A stretch of 64,000 nt of DNA from a virus (taxonomy: Duplodnaviria > Caudoviricetes): positions 5,587-69,586 of IMG/VR virus record IMGVR_UViG_3300020016_000005; one strand, 5' to 3'. Shown piece by piece: positions 1 to 9,862 of this stretch (position 1 is its first letter; the number at the start of each line of letters is the position of its first letter). The notes under the pieces are model-generated. The model saw only the letters and a list, made by a program, of their open reading frames with translations. It was not told where the DNA came from and made no database searches. The position numbers and the translations under genes were made by a program.

Positions 1-101
1 GTCGATTTTCAGAAAGGTGACCTGCGGTCTCCGTAAGGGGTAATCATAGCGCCGTACAAGGTCATCGACTCCCGCATTCATTCTAACTAGAGGTACAGAC
101 A

Positions 102-278
102 ATGAAACGCTTTCGGATTGTTGAGATCGACCACGTTAAGCACGAGGAATCAATACTACATTCGACCGACAACCCAATCTGGGCAAACGAACTGTTCATC
201 CAGCTAAGAAAGGTGACTGATCCTAGGTACAGCTACAGCTTGGTTGATCAGAAAGAGACACTTCATAAGCCTACCTAA
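102..278 (+). CDS. small hypothetical protein (58 aa, below ORF-track cutoff)
   Basis: Hand-translated MKRFRIVEIDHVKHEES...HKPT*; GAGG upstream of the ATG. Confidence 0.55.
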   Translation: MKRFRIVEIDHVKHEESILHSTDNPIWANELFIQLRKVTDPRYSYSLVDQKETLHKPT

Positions 279-348
279 ACAAAAATCAACAAGCATAACC
301 GCTTGTTTTCAACAACTTATCCCTGTATGCTAACACACGGAGACAAAA

Positions 349-966
349 ATGACTAACGTGATACAGCTTGAAAAGAAATCCGAACCCAATAAACTCCGCT
401 GCACCAGCTGCGGAACTACGGTCGACGCACCTTGTGATTGCGGTGTCCCCTTCGAATTCATAAAAGCTAAGAAGTTGGCCGAGATTGGTATCAAAGAGAC
501 ACCCGCAGCTTCAAATAGAGCGATCGCCGATCGCATGGGTATTAGTCATGTTACAGTTAAAAATGAACGTGATAAACAACTGTTAAATGATTTAACAGTT
601 ACGGAACCAGAAACACGCATCGGCTCAGACGGTATAGAACGTAGGTTACCTAGAGCACGGCTTCTTCCTAACGGTCGAGTTCAAGTAGATTCCGAATGGT
701 TAGCACAAGCAGAAAAGAAAATCAGAGAGGATAGAGCGCGGGAAGAACGGGACAATAAATACATTCCTCCTTCTAAAGATGCTCTAAAAATTATGTGTCT
801 AATGGATGACCTGAAAAGAGCATTACCCGCACTTGAACGTCTAGATAGAGTTAATCAAGAAGACATCACAGAAGTAGAGATTCTACTTCAACAAGCACAA
901 ACTGCACTCAACCGAGGTAAGGAGTTAAAATGCAAGATACAACCCGAGACAAATACATCAGAATAA
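349..966 (+). CDS. putative DNA-binding protein (Zn-ribbon plus HTH)
   Basis: CTSC...CDC followed by HTH-like SNRAIADRMGISHVTV; GGAG RBS. Confidence 0.6.
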   Translation: MTNVIQLEKKSEPNKLRCTSCGTTVDAPCDCGVPFEFIKAKKLAEIGIKETPAASNRAIADRMGISHVTVKNERDKQLLNDLTVTEPETRIGSDGIERRLPRARLLPNGRVQVDSEWLAQAEKKIREDRAREERDNKYIPPSKDALKIMCLMDDLKRALPALERLDRVNQEDITEVEILLQQAQTALNRGKELKCKIQPETNTSE

Positions 967-1349
967 TTATTAGAGCTGAATATCAGAATAGACGATTCAC
1001 GGTTCGTGAATTAGCTGAACGTCTTTGTCATGAACTTCATCCTGGAGAAGATCATAGAATAAGTATTCGAGGTATAGTGAGAGGAGATTATTTCGTTAGA
1101 AATCCATCACCGTACAAATCAATGCGCGAGGATGTAAATCGCGCTTTGTATAGTCAGAGAGATAAAAATGACCTTCGCTATTTCTTTCATTCAGTTAAAC
1201 CTATTAAAAAACCTATCTGGTTCTATCGTGATATCGCAACTTCTCTTGAAATTATGCGTTTTGCTGACTATTTAAGACAACAAGGTGAAGCTTTGCGAGA
1301 GGAAGCAAAGACACTTCTTGAATGGGCCTCTACTAGCGGTAAACTATGA
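930..1349 (+). CDS. hypothetical protein
   Basis: 139-aa ORF, ATGA overlap with the next gene. Confidence 0.55.
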   Translation: MQDTTRDKYIRIIIRAEYQNRRFTVRELAERLCHELHPGEDHRISIRGIVRGDYFVRNPSPYKSMREDVNRALYSQRDKNDLRYFFHSVKPIKKPIWFYRDIATSLEIMRFADYLRQQGEALREEAKTLLEWASTSGKL

Positions 1350-1954
1350 CCTGGATCCTATTCGATATGGTCAACCCCAGGATCTTGCATGTGGCACCCA
1401 CACCGGATCAACTACGCTTTGAAGAGGGGGAACTCCCAACTCATCTTCAATTAGTAAGGATCTCGCGAGTCGAGTCAATTGAGGATCCTATATTCTTAGG
1501 TGCTCCTTCGCAATGGACTGAGCTTAAGCTTCGGCGTCTCTACACTTGGTTGAAATTAGATCCACCACTTTCCCCTGCGAAATGGACTGAGGAAACGTTT
1601 CTTACCATACGTCTACAGGTTAGGGCTGCGCTTGCGAAACAATTACGCTTTGAACCCAGCCAGCTCCCTACATTAGAGGCTCCCAATATTGTTATCAGCA
1701 CACCTCTTCCCCCTCCTCGGCCGCAACGTTTACCCAATGCGCGGCGGGGCTCCGTTGGTCCTTTGATACATCGCGTTGCTACCGAAATGTGGGAGGCTGC
1801 TGGAAGACCTTTGGATATTCCAACCATTCTTATGCTGCGTCAAACGATTATGAAGACCCTAAATGACGAGCATAAGATAAAGGTTTCGACCAGCAGTAAC
1901 GAGCTCGGACGCTGGCAAAAGGAGCTTGTGGCGGTCAAAGAGACGAACCACTAG
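1346..1954 (+). CDS. hypothetical protein
   Basis: 202-aa ORF translationally coupled to the upstream gene. Confidence 0.65.
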   Translation: MTWILFDMVNPRILHVAPTPDQLRFEEGELPTHLQLVRISRVESIEDPIFLGAPSQWTELKLRRLYTWLKLDPPLSPAKWTEETFLTIRLQVRAALAKQLRFEPSQLPTLEAPNIVISTPLPPPRPQRLPNARRGSVGPLIHRVATEMWEAAGRPLDIPTILMLRQTIMKTLNDEHKIKVSTSSNELGRWQKELVAVKETNH

Positions 1955-1963
1955 ATGTAGGGC

Positions 1964-1992
1964 TTGACCACCCCAAGCTTCCATGCTATAGT
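1964..1992 (+). promoter_or_regulatory. sigma70-like promoter upstream of the primase
   Basis: TTGACC-N17-TATAGT with TG extended -10. Confidence 0.75.
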
Positions 1993-2045
1993 ATGCACCG
2001 CCTCCAGAGATTCATCACGTTCTGCCCCGCTCAACGGAGCCATCA

Positions 2046-4409
2046 ATGGCCGACGACTCGCGCCTACTCCAGTGGCGAAATATTCCCATGGAGTTGCGGT
2101 TGAAGCGTCAGTGGCTCGTTGCTCATCCTGTCAATAAGAATCCTATCTTTTTCAAAGAAGGTCAATTCTATAACGCTTCTGTTTCTAAGCATCTCAGCTC
2201 ACAGTGGATGAGCTTCGAAGAAGTTACAACCCTCGCATTAACGCACAATCTTGCAATTGGATTCGTCATTTGCGAAGGCGAAGACATTACATGTATTGAT
2301 CTTGACGTAAAGCCCAACACCACAAAGGAGTCTCTGGATCTATATCAGACCATTGTTCAATCGTTTGACAGTTACACAGAACGATCCGTCGGTGGGCATG
2401 GGATTCATGTATGGTGCAAGGGGAGCATTGGACTCGGCCGGCGTCGTGACGGTGTAGAGATCTACAGTCAAAATAGATTTATGATCTGTACTGGCAATGT
2501 TCTCCATAACAAAGAACAGCTTGAGTCTAGGCAAGAGAAACTGACTAAGATGATTAGTCAGATGCCTATGTCTGCAGACTATGATGAAATTATTCTCGAG
2601 GAGCTACCTCAGATCGAAAGCGATGAAGATGTAGGTCGTAAGTTATGGGAGAACGAAGACGCGCGATTACTCTGGCAAGGAATGTGGCGTGAATTAGATC
2701 ATCCGTCACAATCTGAGGGCGACCTTGATCTAATGGTTCACCTTGTACGCTACACTCAATCGAATGAACAGTGTAAGCGTCTGTTTCGCCAGTCTGGGCT
2801 TGGAAAAAGAACTAAAGCAAACCGTTCAGATTATGTTTTGCGTACCCTGCGTCATGCTCGTTTTATTCGTCAGAGCGAGATGATAGATATTGCAGCAGGC
2901 AAACGTAGTGCTGATGCGATTATTGCCAAATATGAAGCAGAACAAGCTCTTTTGAAAACTGCAGATGGATCTTTAGCTTTCAATCCCGATCCTATTCAAT
3001 TTCAGACAGTCGAACATGTGATTGATTTTGATTCTATTCCTGATCCAGAAGAAGCCATAGACCAGATTGAATTTCCATCTGGAGGTCTGGGATATCTAGC
3101 TAGATACTTTTATAGAGGATCTATTCATCCTAATGTTGAATTCTCAGTAGCGGCAGCAATCACTGTAGTATCAGCTCTCTGTGGAAGGGGTTGGAATACG
3201 AATACCGATTCTGGATTGAATACTTATAATCTTGTTGTTGCTCCTTCGGGAATGGGTAAAGAAGCGATGTCGAAGGGAATTAGTAGGTTGATTAGAATCT
3301 GTTCTGAAAAGTTTCCAATATTCAAAGATGCTTTTCATTTTGGAAATTTTGCAAGTGGACAGGGACTCACAAAACATTTCACTCCGTCGCGAGGATCATT
3401 TGCACAGATATTAGGTGAATTTGGTGGGCTGATGAAGAGATTTTCAAATGCTCGTGATGAGAACATACAGGGTCTAATGACAGTTATGCTCGGTCTGCAT
3501 TCTAAATCAAGTCCGGGTTCAATATCAGATGCAATTAATTATAGTGATGCCACTAAGAATGTACAGTCTCTTTATTCTCCCGCGTATAGTGTCCTTGGAG
3601 ATACTACACCTGAAGTCTTTGAAAGCATGAATGCGTTTCTTCTCAACAGTGGATTTATATCACGATTCAATATCTTTGAATATAAGGGAGGACGAAGCGA
3701 TATAAATAAAAAAGTAGATTATTCAATCGATCCAAACTTTGTAGATTATCTAGTTATGATTGCTCGAGTTGCAGATTTACTTCTTACTCAGAAAAAACCC
3801 CCAATCGCTGCTATATTAAGTCCGGAAGCCGAAGCTCGATATAATAAATTTGCTAGATACTGTGATGATAATTACAATCTTTCTATCAAAAATAGAGGTA
3901 GTGATATTGAGCATCACATGTGGGCGCGTTCTACTCTACGAATTAACGTTCTAGCAACTCTTGCTGCAATTCTAGATACACCTCCACCGACAGCGCAGGG
4001 AAATGTGAATACTCCAATTGTTACCGAAGCCCATTGGGATTATTTCGAACGCTTCGTTATGAATGATATCAATAACTTCAGAACTAAACAAGAGGCTGGA
4101 GATCTAGGAACTGGAGATAGTGTACAGGTTAAGAAACTTGAAAAGATTATTGATGACTATCTTCATAAAGCTCCTCCAGCAAGTTACGGAGTTAAAACAG
4201 AATTACAGACTTCTGGAAAAATCACGTATTCTTATATGCGACAACGAATGTTAGGTGTACCTGCATTTAGAAGCGATGGAAATTTTGATGAAAAGAAATT
4301 TAGAAATACAATCCAAACCCTTATTCAAATGGGAAGACTTAAGGAAATCAAAGATCCCAATGAAAAGGGAATGATATCTGGAAACCTATACTGGTTAAGG
4401 GGAACATGA
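2046..4409 (+). CDS. primase-polymerase (AEP-like N-terminus) fused to a P-loop helicase-like domain (DUF3987-like)
   Basis: CIDLD, SYTERSVGGHGIH and EIYSQNRF prim-pol motifs; Walker A-like APSGMGKE. Confidence 0.8.
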   Translation: MADDSRLLQWRNIPMELRLKRQWLVAHPVNKNPIFFKEGQFYNASVSKHLSSQWMSFEEVTTLALTHNLAIGFVICEGEDITCIDLDVKPNTTKESLDLYQTIVQSFDSYTERSVGGHGIHVWCKGSIGLGRRRDGVEIYSQNRFMICTGNVLHNKEQLESRQEKLTKMISQMPMSADYDEIILEELPQIESDEDVGRKLWENEDARLLWQGMWRELDHPSQSEGDLDLMVHLVRYTQSNEQCKRLFRQSGLGKRTKANRSDYVLRTLRHARFIRQSEMIDIAAGKRSADAIIAKYEAEQALLKTADGSLAFNPDPIQFQTVEHVIDFDSIPDPEEAIDQIEFPSGGLGYLARYFYRGSIHPNVEFSVAAAITVVSALCGRGWNTNTDSGLNTYNLVVAPSGMGKEAMSKGISRLIRICSEKFPIFKDAFHFGNFASGQGLTKHFTPSRGSFAQILGEFGGLMKRFSNARDENIQGLMTVMLGLHSKSSPGSISDAINYSDATKNVQSLYSPAYSVLGDTTPEVFESMNAFLLNSGFISRFNIFEYKGGRSDINKKVDYSIDPNFVDYLVMIARVADLLLTQKKPPIAAILSPEAEARYNKFARYCDDNYNLSIKNRGSDIEHHMWARSTLRINVLATLAAILDTPPPTAQGNVNTPIVTEAHWDYFERFVMNDINNFRTKQEAGDLGTGDSVQVKKLEKIIDDYLHKAPPASYGVKTELQTSGKITYSYMRQRMLGVPAFRSDGNFDEKKFRNTIQTLIQMGRLKEIKDPNEKGMISGNLYWLRGT

Positions 4410-4771
4410 AAATCATCGTCTGCGGCAGCCATATCTACAGTCAACCAAACTTTATTCGTCAGTGGCTTGATTGGTATCATAGAAAAGATAGAATCAAGAC
4501 CCTGATAGAAGGCGGTGCATTGCATGTCGATGCTATCGCTGGAGCATGGGCTGTTGAACATGCTATTGAACATCTTAAAATAGATGCAAAATGGCATCTC
4601 TTTGGTCCTCATGCTGGGCCTATACGAAATGCCGAAATGCTGCTACTTGAGCCACATGTTGTGATTGCATTTCCGGGCGGGAACGGGACTGCGAATATGG
4701 TGAAACAAGCCCGCGAAGCGGGTGTACCTGTTATCGAAGTGAAGTATCCAAAAATGAAATCAATGCCTTGA
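4406..4771 (+). CDS. SLOG-family (YspA/DUF2493-like) protein
   Basis: IIVCGS, LIEGGALHVD, AGPIRNAEML and AFPGGNGTANMV motifs. Confidence 0.8.
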   Translation: MKIIVCGSHIYSQPNFIRQWLDWYHRKDRIKTLIEGGALHVDAIAGAWAVEHAIEHLKIDAKWHLFGPHAGPIRNAEMLLLEPHVVIAFPGGNGTANMVKQAREAGVPVIEVKYPKMKSMP

Positions 4772-4774
4772 CAC

Positions 4775-4803
4775 TTGCATCTGGCCAGCTACTATGCTAT
4801 AAA
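4775..4803 (+). promoter_or_regulatory. sigma70-like promoter for the recombination/replication operon
   Basis: TTGCAT-N17-TATAAA with extended TG; TTGACA also at 4768. Confidence 0.65.
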
Positions 4804-4837
4804 GTGGAATCAACAACCTAACAACGGAGTACTTCCT

Positions 4838-5275
4838 ATGGTCTTAATACCCGAACGCCAAGTTACTGTAGACCACCTCAAAGAGTGGTACACTCTGAAG
4901 AAAGATATGGATGAGATGAAGAACAAGGAGATTGTTCTTCGTCAGTTCATCTTTGCTGGACTGTTCCCAAATCCAGAAGAGGGTACCAACAGCCTCCCGG
5001 TGGAGGATGGAACCGGTGCTGTTGTGAAGGGTGTGCATACTATCAATCGTGCTGTGCAGGTCGAGTTGCTTGAAGAGTTGAAGAAAGTGCAAGCGATGCC
5101 TGACAGCAACCAGCCCAAGTTGGATCTGGAGAAGTTGGTTAGATGGAAGCCTGAGGTTTCAATCAAAGAGTACCGTCAGCTTACCGACGAGCAGCGCCTC
5201 TTGTTTGACCAAGTACTTGTGATCAAGCCGGGCATGCCTGGGCTCGATATTGTCATTCCAAAAAGGAGTACTTGA
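4838..5275 (+). CDS. hypothetical protein preceding the Sak4-like ATPase
   Basis: Start moved to ATG 4838 (GGAG RBS, downstream of the promoter); F..PEEGTN..V motif. Confidence 0.65.
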   Translation: MVLIPERQVTVDHLKEWYTLKKDMDEMKNKEIVLRQFIFAGLFPNPEEGTNSLPVEDGTGAVVKGVHTINRAVQVELLEELKKVQAMPDSNQPKLDLEKLVRWKPEVSIKEYRQLTDEQRLLFDQVLVIKPGMPGLDIVIPKRST

Positions 5276-6000
5276 TGCCACTTCAGTTCTCTACCGCTTC
5301 CGAGGAATCTTTCTCCAATGGAATCAAAGTGCTTGTCTACGGGGGTGCGGGAGTTGGGAGAACAGTTCTTACTGCCACACTCCCAACTCCGGTTCTGATC
5401 TCTGCGGAGTCCGGTTTGCTATCTCTTCGCGAATCTAACCTGAGACGTCTATTTGGTAATGATCAATCTATCTGTTACAATATGCCGATCATTACCATTA
5501 AGACGGCAGACGACTTACGAGACGCACATCTCTGGTGTCTACAAAGTGCAGAAGCTCGTAACTTCCAGAGCGTTGGATTAGACAGCATAACCGAGATTGG
5601 TGAAGTTGTTCTCAACAATGCCAAGCGACAAGTGAAAGATCCAAGACAGGCCTACGGGGAACTGATCGAAAAAATGGAAACCTTAATCAGAGCCTTCCGG
5701 GATCTCCAAGGTAAGAACGTACTCGTCTCCGCAAAGATGGAGCCGATGAAGGATGAATTATCTGGCATCGTTAAGTACGGTCCGTCAATGCCGGGCGCTA
5801 AACTTGGACCGAAGCTACCTTACTTCTTCGACGAAGTCTTTCGTCTTGGGGTTGGGAAAGATCCAACGACTCAGCAGGAGTTTCGTTTCCTGCAAACGCA
5901 ACCTGACCTTCAGTTTGAGGCGAAGGATAGAAGCGGGGCCCTCGCAAATGTGGAGCCTCCGCATCTAAGCTATGTCTTCAACAAGATCATCAACTCGTAA
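5272..6000 (+). CDS. AAA_24/Sak4-like ATPase (single-strand annealing module)
   Basis: VLVYGGAGVGRT, ISAESGLLSL, GLDSITEI, LPYFFDEV and AKDRSG motifs; lies next to the SSB gene. Confidence 0.8.
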   Translation: MMPLQFSTASEESFSNGIKVLVYGGAGVGRTVLTATLPTPVLISAESGLLSLRESNLRRLFGNDQSICYNMPIITIKTADDLRDAHLWCLQSAEARNFQSVGLDSITEIGEVVLNNAKRQVKDPRQAYGELIEKMETLIRAFRDLQGKNVLVSAKMEPMKDELSGIVKYGPSMPGAKLGPKLPYFFDEVFRLGVGKDPTTQQEFRFLQTQPDLQFEAKDRSGALANVEPPHLSYVFNKIINS

Positions 6001-6011
6001 GGAGTCACCTT

Positions 6012-6878
6012 ATGGTGCAACTTAACTTCGATGCAACTAAGTTCAGTCCGCTCGACAATGACGTCGTCCCGGAAGGCTGGTACAATTTCGTCATCGACGA
6101 ATCTAACGCCATGCCGACGAAAGACGGCAACCCCAACCACCTGCGCCTTGTTCTGCGTTTCTCCATCATCGATGGACCGCACCAGGGACGCAAAGTGTTC
6201 ACTGGTCTGAACATGCGGCATACCAATATCCAGACGATGGAGATTGCAAACCGCGAACTGAGTGCAATCTGCGCTGCCCTCAATATGCCTTTCGTGCAGG
6301 ACACGCAGCAACTCCACAACATTCCGCTGAAGGGGCGCATCAAGACCATAAAAGACCCCAACGGTGTCTACGACGACAAGTCGGAGATCAAAAGCTACAA
6401 GCCCATCAACTATGTCGTTCCGGGCGTTCTTGCTCAGCCCGGTGCTGCACCACAGGGAGCACCTCAGCAGGCACCCACCGGTTGGGCACCTCAACAGGCA
6501 CCACAGCAAGCGCCTCAACAGCAGCCGTGGACTCCTCAGCAACAGGTTGCTCCACAGCAGCCGGTCTATCAGCAACCTCCGCAGCAGGCTGCTCCTCCGA
6601 ACGGTGGTTGGCAGCAACCCCAGACGCAACAGCCTTGGGGACAGCCTCCGCAGCAGCAGGCTCCGCAGCAGGTCCAGCAGCCGCAGCAGGCACCTCAGCA
6701 GCAACAGCCGGCACAGTACGCCGAACCCCCAAAGCAGCCCGTACAACAGCCTGCGCCGGTTGGGTTCGCTGCACCCACTCCGGCTCAGCAGGCTCCTCAG
6801 ACTGTCCAACAGCCTCAGGATCCTGCTGTTACTGCTGCTCAACAGGCTCAGCCGCCTTGGGCCAGGCCGCCTGCGTAA
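6012..6878 (+). CDS. ssDNA-binding protein (DUF669-like) with a long Q/P-rich tail
   Basis: VPEGWY, GPHQGRKVF and SAICAA motifs; AAGGAG RBS. Confidence 0.8.
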   Translation: MVQLNFDATKFSPLDNDVVPEGWYNFVIDESNAMPTKDGNPNHLRLVLRFSIIDGPHQGRKVFTGLNMRHTNIQTMEIANRELSAICAALNMPFVQDTQQLHNIPLKGRIKTIKDPNGVYDDKSEIKSYKPINYVVPGVLAQPGAAPQGAPQQAPTGWAPQQAPQQAPQQQPWTPQQQVAPQQPVYQQPPQQAAPPNGGWQQPQTQQPWGQPPQQQAPQQVQQPQQAPQQQQPAQYAEPPKQPVQQPAPVGFAAPTPAQQAPQTVQQPQDPAVTAAQQAQPPWARPPA

Positions 6879-6894
6879 TTGAACGTAACCATCT

Positions 6895-6930
6895 CAAGGG
6901 GTCCTGTGTTCGCAGGGCCCCTTGTTCTTC
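6895..6930 (+). terminator. intrinsic terminator after SSB
   Basis: 12-bp stem CAAGGGGTCCTG/CAGGGCCCCTTG (one G-U) followed by TTCTTC. Confidence 0.7.
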
Positions 6931-6956
6931 AATGGAGATAGATAATGAGTTGGGAG

Positions 6957-7094
6957 ATGACAAAAGAACAATGGGCCAAACTCCCACTCTTATTGCGACA
7001 ACGTTGGTGGAGAGAGACTGATTATGGTCTACTTGCACCGAATGAAGAATTAAAGCAAGCGATCCGCGATGCCTTAAATAAGGACAAATCTTAA
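6957..7094 (+). CDS. small hypothetical protein (45 aa)
   Basis: MTKEQWAKLPLLLRQRWWRETDYG...; GGGAG RBS; TAATG-coupled to the exonuclease. Confidence 0.6.
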   Translation: MTKEQWAKLPLLLRQRWWRETDYGLLAPNEELKQAIRDALNKDKS

Positions 7095-8038
7095 TGGTTG
7101 ACATTGCTCGAGACCTATGTCTTGCTATCGACAAGGCTATTGCGATTGATCAAGGAGCCTCCTACAGGGGTTGGCTTGGTCGGGTACTCCCAAACATGTC
7201 AGATGCATACAGGGACGCTGAAGAATCCCATCGAAGTCACATGGGCGCATCTCAACTCGGTCATGATTGTGGTCGTGCTGTATGGTATAGTTTTCGATGG
7301 GCAACCAAAGCAGCGTTTCAAGGTCGCATGCTTCGTCTGTTCAATCGTGGTCATATTGAGGAAGCTCGTTTCATTGCAATGCTCCTTATGATTGGAATGC
7401 CTGTCTATCAGCAGGATGCAGAAGGAAAGCAGTTTCGTATTGGTTTCGGTGACGGTCATGGTGGTGGAAGCGGCGACGGGGTGACATACTATAACAATAA
7501 TCCTGTTCTTATCGAAGCAAAGACACATAACGAAAGATCCTTTATCGAACTAGCGGGAAAACTGGAAGAGTGGAGGGCATATCTAGCTCATGAAGGTCAC
7601 TTTAAGGGAAAAGGTGTCCGCGATGCTAAACCAGAACACTTTGTTCAAGCGCAGATTTACATGCGCAAGATGGGCCTAGCCTCTTGTCTCTATATGGCGG
7701 TCAATAAAAATACTGACGACCTTTATATCGAAGTCATTACTCTTAATCCTGAGCATGCTGACCAGTATATTGAGAGAGGCGAGAAGCTGATACAAGCTAC
7801 GACACCCCCAACTAAGCTCAGTACCTCGCCTGGGTTCTGGAAATGTACTTGGTGCGAACATAAGCCTGTCTGCCATATGAAACGAGCACCGGATAGGAAC
7901 TGCCGCACCTGCAAATATGTTCAGCTCGAATCGGCAGGGCGATGGGCTTGCACCCACCCCACGAACCATGCTATACTAACGCAGGAGAAGCAGTTAGTTG
8001 GATGCCAGTTCTACAAGGTAGCGAGTCACTTTCTATGA
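7094..8038 (+). CDS. Cas4-like PD-(D/E)xK exonuclease with Fe-S/Zn cysteines
   Basis: ASQLGHDCGRAVWY, GD...IEAKT, QAQIYM, CTWC..PVC and CRTC motifs. Confidence 0.8.
   Translation: MVDIARDLCLAIDKAIAIDQGASYRGWLGRVLPNMSDAYRDAEESHRSHMGASQLGHDCGRAVWYSFRWATKAAFQGRMLRLFNRGHIEEARFIAMLLMIGMPVYQQDAEGKQFRIGFGDGHGGGSGDGVTYYNNNPVLIEAKTHNERSFIELAGKLEEWRAYLAHEGHFKGKGVRDAKPEHFVQAQIYMRKMGLASCLYMAVNKNTDDLYIEVITLNPEHADQYIERGEKLIQATTPPTKLSTSPGFWKCTWCEHKPVCHMKRAPDRNCRTCKYVQLESAGRWACTHPTNHAILTQEKQLVGCQFYKVASHFL
7948..7977 (+). promoter_or_regulatory. internal promoter for the helicase
   Basis: TTGCAC-N18-TATACT; spacer closely resembles the promoter at 1964. Confidence 0.55.
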
Positions 8039-9849
8039 AACCGTTTATCGATAGACAATACCAAACCGAAGCTGTCAACAGCATATGGGCTTACTTTGAA
8101 ACCCATAAGACTGGAAATCCAATTCTTGCAATGCCTACCGGCAGTGGCAAAACAATTGTCAATGCTCGTTTCCTCGAAGGTATCTTTAAGACCTTTCCAT
8201 TTCAAAAAGTCATGCTGTTGACTCACGTTAAAGAATTGATTCAACAAAACTATGAAAAGCTAATCGCACTGTGGCCAGATGCCCCCGTTGGTATCTATAG
8301 CGATGGACTCGGACAAAAGAATTCTAGACAGTCTATCACATTAGGAGGTATTGCTTCCGTTTGGAGAAAGCCTGAGATCTTCGGACATGTAGATTTAATC
8401 ATCATTGACGAAGTTCATCTCGTTAGCCCACGCGGCAATACAATGTATCAAAGCTTTATTGATGCATTGACAAAAATCAATCCAAATCTACGTGTCATAG
8501 GTCTTACTGCTACTCCTTGGCGCATGGGACATGGAAAGCTAACTGATCCTTATCTAGACAAGGCTGGAAAATTACATCCAAGTGTCTTCACAGATTTCTG
8601 CTTCGACATAACAAACTACCACAGCTTCAATAGGTTGATCGCTGAGGGCTATCTTGTCCCGCTGATCCCTAAGAAGACAAAGACCGAGCTTAACGTAGAT
8701 GGAGTCCACCTACGCGGCGGGGAGTTCATTGAAAAAGATCTACAAATCGCAGTCGACAAACATGAGATCACCGTTGCTGCAATTAAAGAAGCTCTCGAGC
8801 TTGGCAAAGATCGTAAAAAATGGTTAGTGTTTGGTGCGGGCATTGAACACGCAGAACACATCAACACAATCTTAAATGAGATGGGTGTCCCATCAGACTG
8901 TGTTCATAGTAAAGTTGATAAAAAAGATCGCGATAAGATGATCAAGGATTTCCGCGCCGGTAGACTTCGTGCGCTAGTCAACAACAACATTTTGACAACG
9001 GGATACGACGATCCCACAGTTGACATGATTATTGTTCTACGACCTACTATGTCTACAGTATTGTGGGTTCAGATGTTGGGACGCGGTACACGGCCCGTCT
9101 ATCCTCCGGGATTTAATAGTGAGACACTAGAACAGCGTATGGCTGCAATTAAAGCCAGCGGCAAACTTGACTGTCTAGTTCTAGACTATGCAGGTAACAC
9201 GCGCCGCCTAGGGCCAATCAATGACCCTGTAATTCCCACGCCACCCAAGTCAAAGGGAACGGGCGATGCGCCAGTTAAACTCTGTGATGTCTGTCAGACA
9301 TACGTTCACGCTAGTGTTCGTATCTGCCCACATTGTGGCAACGAATTTAAGTTCCAACTCAATATCGTCCAGTCAGCAAGTTCTATCAGTCCACTGAAAG
9401 GAGAGCTTCCTATAACGAAAGTATTCAAAGTAGATCACATTAGTGCAGCACGACATGAGAAGCACGGCGGGGGTTCCGTATCGATGCGCGTCTCATACTA
9501 CTGTGGTCTGAAAATGTATACCGAGTTTGTAACCTTAGAGAATAGTAACGCCTTCGCCCAACGTCGTGCGAAGTCTTGGTGGAAAGTAAGAATGAAATCA
9601 AAATGGAATGATACATTAAATTCTCCTGTGCCCACCACAGTGAATGAGGCTCTTACCCGCCTCGACGAAATCAATCACCCAACGCACATTCGCGTCTGGG
9701 TTAACAAGAATCCGTACCCGGAGATTATGGCCATCTGTTTCGATGGCACTGCCTTCGGAACGGAGGAGATGTCAGACGAGGTTCCAACAATCGTTTCCTC
9801 CCTGACTACGTTAAAGAAGACTGAGCTGGATACGGAAATCCCATTCTAA
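8035..9849 (+). CDS. superfamily 2 DEAD/DEAH helicase (RadD-like) with C-terminal Zn ribbon
   Basis: MPTGSGKT, IIIDEVH, GLTATP, LTTGYD, QMLGRGTR and CDVC..CPHC; ATGA overlap start at 8035. Confidence 0.92.
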   Translation: MKPFIDRQYQTEAVNSIWAYFETHKTGNPILAMPTGSGKTIVNARFLEGIFKTFPFQKVMLLTHVKELIQQNYEKLIALWPDAPVGIYSDGLGQKNSRQSITLGGIASVWRKPEIFGHVDLIIIDEVHLVSPRGNTMYQSFIDALTKINPNLRVIGLTATPWRMGHGKLTDPYLDKAGKLHPSVFTDFCFDITNYHSFNRLIAEGYLVPLIPKKTKTELNVDGVHLRGGEFIEKDLQIAVDKHEITVAAIKEALELGKDRKKWLVFGAGIEHAEHINTILNEMGVPSDCVHSKVDKKDRDKMIKDFRAGRLRALVNNNILTTGYDDPTVDMIIVLRPTMSTVLWVQMLGRGTRPVYPPGFNSETLEQRMAAIKASGKLDCLVLDYAGNTRRLGPINDPVIPTPPKSKGTGDAPVKLCDVCQTYVHASVRICPHCGNEFKFQLNIVQSASSISPLKGELPITKVFKVDHISAARHEKHGGGSVSMRVSYYCGLKMYTEFVTLENSNAFAQRRAKSWWKVRMKSKWNDTLNSPVPTTVNEALTRLDEINHPTHIRVWVNKNPYPEIMAICFDGTAFGTEEMSDEVPTIVSSLTTLKKTELDTEIPF

Positions 9850-9862
9850 CGGAGAAGAGACA

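Noticed and set aside
5970-7021. Several long overlapping ORFs around the SSB tail
   Set aside because: Alternate-frame and antisense artefacts of CAG/CCG low-complexity repeats
7942-8034. N-terminal extension of the helicase ORF
   Set aside because: It overlaps the exonuclease and a promoter; the ATGA-coupled start at 8035 is more plausible
7094-8038. Cas4-like nuclease as evidence of a CRISPR system
   Set aside because: No repeat-spacer array or other cas genes seen; it sits in a standard phage recombination module
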